Shown: piece by piece, positions 20,435-28,661 of the stretch
Numbering within the stretch: the first letter of the stretch is position 1
How the letters are laid out: every line of letters begins with the position of its first letter
NCBI GenBank assembly: GCA_965262915.1
Contig: OZ253564.1
Location: 800,001 to 864,000 of the forward strand
Origin: Candidatus Spongiisociaceae bacterium
GTDB lineage: Bacteria; Actinomycetota; Acidimicrobiia; Spongiisociales; Spongiisociaceae
Reading direction: 5' to 3'
DNA length: 64,000 nt
Notes under the pieces: model-generated
The model's input: only the letters and a program-made list of their open reading frames with translations
Database searches by the model: none
What the model was told of the DNA's origin: nothing
Position numbers and translations under genes: made by a program

Positions 20435-21349
20435 ATGACCTTCCTGCTGCGACGCGCGCTCCAGGCGATCGCAACCGTCTTGCTGATGAGCCTTATCGTC
20501 TTCGTGCTCTCACGCGTTACCGGGAGCCCGCTTGACTTCATCCTGAGCCCTCTGGCCACCGAGGAGGAATTCGCCCGGGAGTCAGCGAGGCTTGGACTGG
20601 ACAGACCGATATTGGTCCAGTACTTCACGTTTCTGGGTCAGGTTGTCCAAGGCGATTTCGGCACGTCGATATATTACAAGGAACCGGTGATCTCGATGAT
20701 TACCAGCAGGCTGGGATCGACCGTCTTCTTGGCCTCGACGGCGTTTATCCTCGGAGCCGGACTCGGACTGCCATTCGGCGTAGCGGCAGCTAGCCGTCGC
20801 AGTACGAAGGTGGACACCGGAGCTCGCGCGATGGCATTGCTCGGGCAGTCGGTTCCCACCTTTCTGCTCGGAATCGTATTGATAGAGGTCTTCGCCGTGC
20901 GTTTGGCTTGGCTGCCTACGGGCGGTCGGGATGAACTGGCCACCTTTGTGCTCCCGGGCGCAACTCTTGCTGCGTATGTCTTCGCGGCGATTCTGCGCCT
21001 TACCCGTTCGTCGATGATCGAGGTCCTGTCATCTGACTACATAACCCTGGCCATGATCAAGGGAGCGCCGAGGTGGCGGGTCGTCTGGCACCACGCGCTC
21101 AGGAATGCCTTGATTCCGGTCCTGACTTTCTCTGGACTTCTCCTCGCTCAACTACTCGTTGGGGCGATAGTGGTTGAGACAGTGTTTGCGTGGCCCGGGC
21201 TCGGACGACTGGCTTTCCTGTCAGCGGCCCAGAGGGATTATCCGTTGTTACAAGCCATCGTCGTATTCATTACGGTGGTATTTGTCATGATGAGCTTCAT
21301 CGTGGACGTGCTGTTGACGTTCCTTGATCCACGAGTCAGGGTGTCGTAA
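20435..21349 (+). CDS. ABC transporter permease (DppB-like)
   Basis: LGLDRPILVQY, HALRNALIP, VETVFAWPGLG, RDYP, LDPRV. Confidence 0.92.
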   Translation: MTFLLRRALQAIATVLLMSLIVFVLSRVTGSPLDFILSPLATEEEFARESARLGLDRPILVQYFTFLGQVVQGDFGTSIYYKEPVISMITSRLGSTVFLASTAFILGAGLGLPFGVAAASRRSTKVDTGARAMALLGQSVPTFLLGIVLIEVFAVRLAWLPTGGRDELATFVLPGATLAAYVFAAILRLTRSSMIEVLSSDYITLAMIKGAPRWRVVWHHALRNALIPVLTFSGLLLAQLLVGAIVVETVFAWPGLGRLAFLSAAQRDYPLLQAIVVFITVVFVMMSFIVDVLLTFLDPRVRVS

Positions 21350-22282
21350 GTGTCGGTCGAGCGATCCCAATCGGGAGGTTTGAACCCCGGGGAGCCGGGT
21401 TCGATTAGCGAGGTGGCTGTCCGCCGGCGCAAACCAATCTTCTCGCAGCTGTTTCGAGGGACGGGCGCGTTCGCCGTCATTATTGTGGGCTTTGTCATTC
21501 TGGCCGGGATCTTCGCTCCCCTCCTAGCACCATTCGAGCCTGAATTCGGGCTGCTGAGGGAGTCGTTGCTTCCTCCTGGATCCGGGGCCCAAGACAGCGC
21601 CTTTCCTTTCCTCTTCGGGACGGATCGATTCGGGCGCGATGTCTTGTCGAGGGTCTTGCATGGCTCACGGGTATCGCTGGCCGTGGCCGGCATGTCGGTA
21701 GCTGTGGCCGGCACCATAGGAACCACGATCGGGATCGTGGCAGGGTACTACGGGGGACTGGTGGACGCCCTATTGATGCGCCTCGCCGATCTTGTTCTGT
21801 CGATGCCGATCATCCTTCTGGCACTGGTACTAGCTGTGCTGGTTGGACCCAGCTTCTTCAATGTCGTACTCATTCTCGGCGTCGTGCTCTGGGCCGAGTA
21901 TGCGCGACAGGCACGAGCCGAAACTCTGGCCATCCGAGAACGCGAGTACGTGCTGTTGGCGCGGGTCGCCGGAATCCGGAAGGCCGCGATCATGTTCCGC
22001 CACATACTCCCCAATATCCTCGACACGCTCCTGGTGCTAGCGACTCTCCAGGTAGCCCGAGTGATCATCATCGAGGCATCGCTCAGCTTCCTGGGTGTGG
22101 GCATCCCGCCGCCTGCGCCTGCGTGGGGGCTCATGGTTTCCGAAGGTCGGGGACTCCTCAAGACGGCTTGGTGGATTTCGCTCTTTCCGGGTCTTGCGAT
22201 AACGATCACAATCCTCGGAATCAACGTTATCGCCGATCGACTCAAGGACATCCTGGACCCTCACGGCAAGGTGACGGTCTAG
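21350..22282 (+). CDS. ABC transporter permease (DppC-like)
   Basis: FGTDRFGRD, RHILPN, EASLSFLGVG, PAWGLM. Confidence 0.92.
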   Translation: MSVERSQSGGLNPGEPGSISEVAVRRRKPIFSQLFRGTGAFAVIIVGFVILAGIFAPLLAPFEPEFGLLRESLLPPGSGAQDSAFPFLFGTDRFGRDVLSRVLHGSRVSLAVAGMSVAVAGTIGTTIGIVAGYYGGLVDALLMRLADLVLSMPIILLALVLAVLVGPSFFNVVLILGVVLWAEYARQARAETLAIREREYVLLARVAGIRKAAIMFRHILPNILDTLLVLATLQVARVIIIEASLSFLGVGIPPPAPAWGLMVSEGRGLLKTAWWISLFPGLAITITILGINVIADRLKDILDPHGKVTV

Positions 22283-22390
22283 GAGGGTGCCGAAAAAGCC
22301 CGTGCAATGGGGTTCGCGGGCAACTGACAACTCTGATACTAGGTGGTTCACCAAGCAGCGAATCCCGTTAGATTGTTCTTCAGCACCCTC
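22283..22390. mobile_element. 108-bp MITE-like element with IS5/IS1182-like terminal inverted repeats
   Basis: Left end GAGGGTGCCGAAAAA versus reverse complement of right end GAGGGTGCTGAAGAA (13/15 match); flanked by CTAG and CCAG. Confidence 0.6.
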
Positions 22391-22428
22391 CCAGAGCGAC
22401 CGGGTTGCTGGCCGCGGCTACCGGGCTG

Positions 22429-24180
22429 CTAACCCTGAGTCCCTATGTCGAGGCCTTGGGGTCGCTGATCCATCAGAGGAAGTCGCAGGACCGACACGTG
22501 CTCGGCGTCGTGATAGATCGACTGGTTGGCGACTCGTAGCTCGGAATCGGACCAGTAGGGGGCTCCGGTGTTGTGGTTGCGGTCCAGATTGGGAAAGTCT
22601 GAACTCGTGATCATGAGGCGGAGCCGTTGACCGGGACCGACCCGAAGAGCCAGTGACCGCATGTCGATACGGTACAACCGGGGTCCAGCCCCGCCGTACT
22701 CCGAGTCGGCGACCGGGTCCACCAAGCCGGTACGCACGGCTCCGAAGGAGAGGTTTACAGCCAAGCCGTCCTCATGGACCCATACCAGCTTCGCGATGAA
22801 GTCAGTGTCGGGCGCGTCGGTCCCGACCCACAACAACAACTCGACATCGCCTATCAGATACGTTGCCTCGCCAAAGATCGGAGTGTCGTAGACGGCGATA
22901 TCCCTCCTGCTCCGCAATGGAGACTGATCGAGAGGTGCGACCTGCGCGTCCTGTGTGATGATGCTCATGACAGGATCAGCGGGATCGTAGACGTATCGGT
23001 CGGGCGGTTCCTCACCCGGTGGCTGTTCACGGAGTACGCCAGGAGTATCGGGCTCGTTGGCTGATCCCGTCGAGTGGAGGTAGAAATCGAGCGGCGAGGT
23101 ATCGGACAACGGCCAATTGTTTGTGGTGATCCAATGGTTTGACCCGACGAGGAACAGTTGAACGGGACCCTCAGCGAAATGATTGCGGATGCCCTTGATG
23201 GTGAAGTCGAACCAGTCCGCGATCATCTCAACCCACGACCTCTCGGCCTGAGGACCAAAGCTCAAGTCTCCCAACTCCGATCCGAACTCCCAAGGCATAT
23301 GGCTCCATGGACCTATCACCAGACGGTGCCTGCCGGGGTCGACATCTTCGTGCGCGTTCTCCATCAGGCTTGGATAGTGCTTGGCAGTCCTGACTACCCG
23401 GTCCCACCAACCCGTCAGCAGGCAGACGGGGACGTTGACATGTGGATGGGTCCTGTAGAAGTTCCATTGTTCGCCGTTCTCTTCACTGTGCTGCTCGACG
23501 AGGTACGTCTGGAACTGGTCGGTGAGCGGCCCGAATACGTACTCAGGGATGCTTGCTAAGGGGAGTCGCCAGACCCACTTCGTTCCTTCTACGTGTTCCC
23601 AGATCCGTTTCGCCTCGTCCGGGCTGCTGGGCACCGACTCGTCTCCATCGCGGTAGCGGCTGCCGGCGGCCAGCATGTAAACCCAGTGCAGGCGTCGGCC
23701 GGTCTCGAAGATACCTTGCGTGAACTCGGTGGCCCGCGGACTCATACCCCCAGCGAACATCGCCGTCAACGACGGAGGTTGGAGACCGGCCAACTCCCAC
23801 TGGACCCAACTGTCGTAAGAATGTCCAAATGTGCCAACCTGGCCCGTGGTGCGGGGTAGGTGCGCGCACCATTCGACGGTGTCGTAGCCGTCCTGGGCGT
23901 CACTGGTCCATGCCTCCGGACCGAATTGCCAGAAGAACTCCCCTTCGGAATCGAACCGTCCCCGTATATCCTGGGTCACGACCACATATCCACGCTGAAC
24001 AAGTCGACGGGCCGAACGTACGTATCGATCGAACCGCCTTCCGTATGGTGTGCGCAGCATGAGCACCGGATACGAAGCTTTATCATCCGGTCGATAGACA
24101 TCTGCCCGCATCACGGCGCCATCCGTCATCTCCACCGGAACACCGACCTGTTCGATGATCTGTATCATCGCATCCTCCAC
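22429..24180 (-). CDS. CocE/NonD family serine hydrolase
   Basis: RTPYG, QDIRGRFDSEG, DGYDTVEW, GHSY nucleophile, GWWD, IGPWSH, SSDFPNLDRN. Confidence 0.9.
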   Translation of the reverse strand: MEDAMIQIIEQVGVPVEMTDGAVMRADVYRPDDKASYPVLMLRTPYGRRFDRYVRSARRLVQRGYVVVTQDIRGRFDSEGEFFWQFGPEAWTSDAQDGYDTVEWCAHLPRTTGQVGTFGHSYDSWVQWELAGLQPPSLTAMFAGGMSPRATEFTQGIFETGRRLHWVYMLAAGSRYRDGDESVPSSPDEAKRIWEHVEGTKWVWRLPLASIPEYVFGPLTDQFQTYLVEQHSEENGEQWNFYRTHPHVNVPVCLLTGWWDRVVRTAKHYPSLMENAHEDVDPGRHRLVIGPWSHMPWEFGSELGDLSFGPQAERSWVEMIADWFDFTIKGIRNHFAEGPVQLFLVGSNHWITTNNWPLSDTSPLDFYLHSTGSANEPDTPGVLREQPPGEEPPDRYVYDPADPVMSIITQDAQVAPLDQSPLRSRRDIAVYDTPIFGEATYLIGDVELLLWVGTDAPDTDFIAKLVWVHEDGLAVNLSFGAVRTGLVDPVADSEYGGAGPRLYRIDMRSLALRVGPGQRLRLMITSSDFPNLDRNHNTGAPYWSDSELRVANQSIYHDAEHVSVLRLPLMDQRPQGLDIGTQG

Positions 24181-24388
24181 TCCGCCCAGCGATTGTTACA
24201 GGACCAAAGCTGTTTTGTAGTAGTGCAAGCGTAGCGAGCGACCGCTATAGTGAGCAAGCGCCGCGCCGGGTGGTCGGCGCAGAGATTTCGGCGACTGTAG
24301 CTCGGCACGCCATGCCGCTCCTTCCCGAGCTTGTGAGCCAGAACATTGCCGGAATTAGCACGGTACAGAAAGCAGGCGAGGAGAACTG

Positions 24389-25255
24389 ATGGCACCCCGA
24401 TCGATAATCCTCGGCTGCGGTACGCCGATTCCGGACACGAAGCGGTGGGGATCTTCCTTCGTTGTCGATGTCGGCGACTCTTGGATGATGTTCGACTGTG
24501 GCTTCGGGGCGACGCTCAAGCTCTATGAGGCACAGATCGCTGTGACCGATATCGATACCGTGTTCTTGACCCATCACCACTCGGATCATGTCGCCGATTA
24601 CCCGGGGCTTCTCTTGTCACGGTTCGATATGGCCACAGGTCACGAGAACCCGCTCAATGTTTACGGACCGGACAAGACGACTCAACTGACTGAGAGGCTG
24701 ATCGGTCCCGACCGGGGTGCTTTCTGGCCTGACATCGTGGCGAGGACGACTCATCCATTGAGCCTCGGGGCTTACCGACGCCGCGGCGGGGTCCTGCCGC
24801 GCAGACTACCTCAGGTCGAAACATCCGATCTCGAATCGGGTGTTGTCGTCGAAGGGCCCGGGTGGACTGTGCGAACTGCCGAGGTTGAGCACGTTCAACC
24901 TTATTTGGACTCCTTGGCCTATCGGCTGGAGACAAACGCGGGTTCCATGGTCTTCGCCGGTGACACACGTCCATGCTCCGGCTTAACCGAGTTGGCCACT
25001 GATGCGGACATGCTGTTCATGGCTTGTGTCCGTCTCTCCGAGGACATGCGGGAAGACCCAGCGTACGGCGCAGCCCTCTCCGGCAGTCGCGAGGCGGCCC
25101 TAACGGCTGAGGCAGCAGGGGTCAAGCATCTCGTGCTGGTTCACCAACACCCGGCGATGGACTCAGCAGACCAGAAGGACCGAGTGTTGCGGGAAGTTTC
25201 GAGTATCTATGGCGGCAAGGTCACTTGGGGGGAAGAGGGACTCGAGATCCCTTAG
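24389..25255 (+). CDS. MBL-fold metallohydrolase (RNase Z/arylsulfatase-like)
   Basis: LGCGTP, FDCG, THHHSDH, FAGDT, LVLVH. Confidence 0.85.
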   Translation: MAPRSIILGCGTPIPDTKRWGSSFVVDVGDSWMMFDCGFGATLKLYEAQIAVTDIDTVFLTHHHSDHVADYPGLLLSRFDMATGHENPLNVYGPDKTTQLTERLIGPDRGAFWPDIVARTTHPLSLGAYRRRGGVLPRRLPQVETSDLESGVVVEGPGWTVRTAEVEHVQPYLDSLAYRLETNAGSMVFAGDTRPCSGLTELATDADMLFMACVRLSEDMREDPAYGAALSGSREAALTAEAAGVKHLVLVHQHPAMDSADQKDRVLREVSSIYGGKVTWGEEGLEIP

Positions 25256-25357
25256 CTTAGGTGAGGAGGATATGGGTTTATCCTCTGGTTTCAATAGTTT
25301 TGGCCCTCCGCATTCTGGTAGGTAAGCCAAAACCAACGTCACCTTTTCCCGTGCCGG

Positions 25358-26010
25358 ATGAAGTCATCTCTGCGCTGGACGCATAGACGCGGTATATCGC
25401 CCACTGACCTGGAATCCGAAACGCTCGACCTCAAATCGGATCGTGGCGACTCCACGAAGACGCTCCGTCAACTCGCCAAAGCAGCAGCTTGCCTGGCGAA
25501 CGGTCGAGGTGGAACCTTGGTTCTCGGCGTCGAGGATGACAGGGAAGGGTCCGAAGCCTTCACCGGTACAGGTGTCGATCTGCTCAAAGCCCGTCGCTAT
25601 ACCTTCGAGACTGTGGATCCGCCGCTCACCGTTTCAGTCGACGCGCCGGACGTAGTTGTCTTCCGCTCGCCCCTGATCAGATAGCTGCACTCCACGCGGA
25701 GCGAGAGGGTCGTGACCCTTCGGAGCAGGCCACCGGGCCATCGGTTGACGAGTTGGACCGGTCGGCGGTGGATCTGGCACGTCGATACCTGGGCCGGCTC
25801 ACCGATGAGCGAGCGCAGTGGGTGAGTCTGTCGGATGCCGAGCTCTCTCAAGCTCTCGGCGTGGCGACTCCGGACGGTGAGTTGCTGATCGCCGGCGAGC
25901 AGTTCTTTTGCGTACGTCGGGTCGAGTTCGTCAGCTACCAGCACAGGGTCAGCGCCGGAAGCCTGCCCGACGCGAGCGAGCGGTTGTCTGTACCCCTGAT
26001 GGTGGCCTAG
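25358..26010 (+). pseudogene. Decayed Schlafen/AlbA_2-domain ATP-binding protein
   Basis: ESETLDLK..ACLANGRGGTLVLGVEDD fragment, then a separate fragment (LARRYL..SDAELSQALG..GEL) ending in premature stops. Confidence 0.7.
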
Positions 26011-26114
26011 TCCTACGCAGGAAGTGTGGAAGGCTAAAACTGGTCTATATAAGGCGACATGACTTCCGGGGTGGGAAACCACGGCATCGCATGAGTTGAT
26101 ACCGAGATGGAGGG

Positions 26115-27599
26115 TCAGCCGCCGAGCGTGAAGTGCATGAACTTCCGAAGGGTCACTGCAAGGGACTGATCGAGCCAGTCGTACAGGCCATCGAGGCGAT
26201 CATCGATATTCTCGTGATGGGAGAACGTGAAGGGTTCCCATGAGGTCTCGACGAAGATGCCGTCGCGTCCCGAGAATTCCTGGCCGCGGATCCGGATTCT
26301 CCCGAACGACGTAATGGCCATCACCCCGGTGTAGGGGCTGGCCACATGGTGGATCGAAGTCACGAACCGGAGGTCCACTCCGTTCACCGACATCCCCAGC
26401 ATCGACCACCACGCTCGGGGTTTGAAGCAGGCGTAGTGCTCGGCTGCCTTTGCCGTCCTGATGATGTCGCGGCGCCACCACCTCTCCCGACGGTCGAAGT
26501 GCATTGGCCGGTCCGTCCACACACGGGCTTCCTGTCCGGCCTCGGCGAACTCCTGGTCGATGTCGACGCAGGCCGGTCGTAGCCAGTCCCATATGTGGTC
26601 GTGAAGCCGGTCGGCGCGCATCCCGGCGTTGGCTCCTGTCTCGATCGCGCGGTCGATCAGATCGAGTTCCTCAGGATCCACCACCTCGGCGAGTAGCCAC
26701 TCCTCCTCCATGGCCATACCCGCGAAGCTGTCGAGAGTCGACTCGTCGAGTTCACGACGGATCGACCGCAGCGCCAGTTCGGTGAACAGCCTGGCGAGCG
26801 GTACCAGGTCTCCGTCGTTGGCCTCGTCCAAGGCCAGGAGATAGGCATCCCGGCGGTTCCGATCGACCACGATCGGCGGATACTGTGCCCTTTCGAGAGG
26901 GAGGGCGGCCAGCGCTCTCGCCACCCGGCCGTTGCCGTCCTGGAAGGGATGGATCTGCGCGAACCGGTGATGCAACCACGCAGCCACGACAACCGGATGT
27001 ACGTCGGTCATCGCCTCGTACAGATCTATCAGGCGCCGTATCTCCGCTTCCACCTGCTCGGGCGGGGCAAAATCGAGCACGGTCCCGTCGGCGCGTCTCA
27101 CCCGGTTAGGAAACCTCTTGAAACTCCCGTGGTCCATCATGACTTGGGCATAACGCCTTGTTGGGTCCGTGAGGAAGCAGAAGGGCTGAGCCCGGGTGAT
27201 CAGGGCATGGAGTTCCCGGATGAAGGAGCAGGTCAGGGGACGACCCGCTCGGGCCAACTCGAAGACCATCTCGAGCCCTTCCTTGTGGGCTCTCAGCATC
27301 CGCAGGACCCCTGGAGGCACTTCCGCGTCCGCTGTGTCGGCCCCTCTGGTGATCCCCTTGATCACCATCACGTCGGTGGTGGGCCTGTCCAGGTCGTACA
27401 GCCCCTCGATGATCCCGGTTTCGATGGCGTGCTTCCGGAGGGTCTGATGGAACGGGTAGGTGGATTCGATCCGACCGAACTCGGTCCGGTGCTCCTGCCA
27501 CGAACGGTGCACGGCGTCCAGGGTGGCCAAGTTGTGTCCCAAGGCCTTCTCCACCGTCCGGTCGAGCGGCTCGATCGGATGCCAGCCTCTACCGCTCAT
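26115..27599 (-). CDS. Fic-domain AMPylase (class II) with long C-terminal extension
   Basis: Canonical HPFQDGNGRVAR; N-terminal inhibitory motif TGIIEG fits (S/T)xxxE(G/N). Start uncertain (27599 or 27614). Confidence 0.88.
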   Translation of the reverse strand: MSGRGWHPIEPLDRTVEKALGHNLATLDAVHRSWQEHRTEFGRIESTYPFHQTLRKHAIETGIIEGLYDLDRPTTDVMVIKGITRGADTADAEVPPGVLRMLRAHKEGLEMVFELARAGRPLTCSFIRELHALITRAQPFCFLTDPTRRYAQVMMDHGSFKRFPNRVRRADGTVLDFAPPEQVEAEIRRLIDLYEAMTDVHPVVVAAWLHHRFAQIHPFQDGNGRVARALAALPLERAQYPPIVVDRNRRDAYLLALDEANDGDLVPLARLFTELALRSIRRELDESTLDSFAGMAMEEEWLLAEVVDPEELDLIDRAIETGANAGMRADRLHDHIWDWLRPACVDIDQEFAEAGQEARVWTDRPMHFDRRERWWRRDIIRTAKAAEHYACFKPRAWWSMLGMSVNGVDLRFVTSIHHVASPYTGVMAITSFGRIRIRGQEFSGRDGIFVETSWEPFTFSHHENIDDRLDGLYDWLDQSLAVTLRKFMHFTLGG

Positions 27600-27669
27600 C
27601 GCTACGCTCGACATCCGGTGTCCTACAGCAGGCCCGTCGACACCACGTCTGACCAGCCGTTTACGCGAT

Positions 27670-27697
27670 CCGCACACCAGCCACCAGTCACCAGCCA
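27670..27697 (-). repeat. Heptamer array after deoC-like stop (TGGCTGG TGACTGG TGGCTGG TGTGCGG)
   Basis: Four 7-nt units begin at the first base after TAG. Confidence 0.6.
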
Positions 27698-28447
27698 CTA
27701 CTCCGGAAGAGTCCAGCCGAATTCCCTGACGTAGCCGCTGGAGTCCGCTCCGATCCGGGTGTCGTCCAGCCGTCCGGCTTCCTCGAGGGCTATCTGGATC
27801 GGCACCGGCGTTCCCAGCCTGGTGCTGCCGGCCTCGACCATCTCGATAGCGTCGGCCAGGGTAAGGATGTCGGGCGAGGCGGCCTTGACCTCGATGTGGT
27901 CGGGCAGAGCGGCCCGCATCGCCTTTACCTGCGCCACCGTGCCGCCCCCGTACACCGACAGGCCGGTAGATGTCTTGCCGAAGTCGGCGCCCGACTCGAC
28001 TACCACCCGGCAGGCGTCCTCCAGCTTCCCGGGGATCTGCTCCATCTCCGGGGACTCGATGATTGCCTTGGTGATGACAGCCGGGTTCTCGGACTTGGCC
28101 GCCTCCACCACCGCTGCCGCGTCACGGATGGCGGCGTCGAGGTCACCGTAGAGGATCGCCGACCATGCGGCCAGGAAGTCGATCTCGATGGCACCCGACG
28201 CCACGCATTCCTTTGTCGCGGCCACCTTGGCTGCGGTTCCTTCCAGCCCGATCGGCATGCTGACTATCCCGGAGGTTGCGACCCGGTCGCCCATCCGCCT
28301 CGCCACCCGCTCGACCCACCAGGGATACACGCAGAAGGCGGCAACGCCCAGCTCGACGCACTCGTCGGCCATCCGGTCGAGCGTGTCGGGCCCGGCCCTC
28401 GGATCAATGCACACCTGGTCCAGCATCTCGGTGATTCGCCTAGTCAA
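27698..28447 (-). CDS. deoC: Deoxyribose-phosphate aldolase-like class I aldolase (divergent)
   Basis: FCVYP, MPIG, GAIEID, KAIIES, ADFGKTSTG, VKAA, RLG. TTG start with GAGGAG RBS. Confidence 0.75.
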   Translation of the reverse strand: MTRRITEMLDQVCIDPRAGPDTLDRMADECVELGVAAFCVYPWWVERVARRMGDRVATSGIVSMPIGLEGTAAKVAATKECVASGAIEIDFLAAWSAILYGDLDAAIRDAAAVVEAAKSENPAVITKAIIESPEMEQIPGKLEDACRVVVESGADFGKTSTGLSVYGGGTVAQVKAMRAALPDHIEVKAASPDILTLADAIEMVEAGSTRLGTPVPIQIALEEAGRLDDTRIGADSSGYVREFGWTLPE

Positions 28448-28570
28448 CGCATTCTCCTCTCGCCGTCCTTAGAGAGAAACTACCCGATCCTCGGAAATCA
28501 CGTAGCGCCGTTTCCGATCCGGTCTGCGTTCTGGGCCGAAAGAGCGACCGAACAACGAAACCGCAACGGG

Positions 28571-28661
28571 CACCCGGCACCCGGCACCCGGCACCCGACA
28601 CCCGACACCCGACACCCGACACCCGACACCCGACACCTAACACCTAACACCTGACCCCCGG
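28571..28661 (-). repeat. 13-unit heptamer tandem array (YYRGGTG on coding strand) after aceE-like stop
   Basis: Plus strand: (CACCCGG)3 (CACCCGA)6 (CACCTAA)2 CACCTGA CCCCCGG, abutting the stop codon at 28662. Confidence 0.95.

Noticed and set aside
28440-28643. 67-aa ORF with GCRVSGV repeats
   Set aside because: Translation of the non-coding heptamer array
28571-28661. Possible CRISPR array
   Set aside because: 7-nt tandem units without spacers; no cas genes or 25-40 nt repeat-spacer pattern seen in the window
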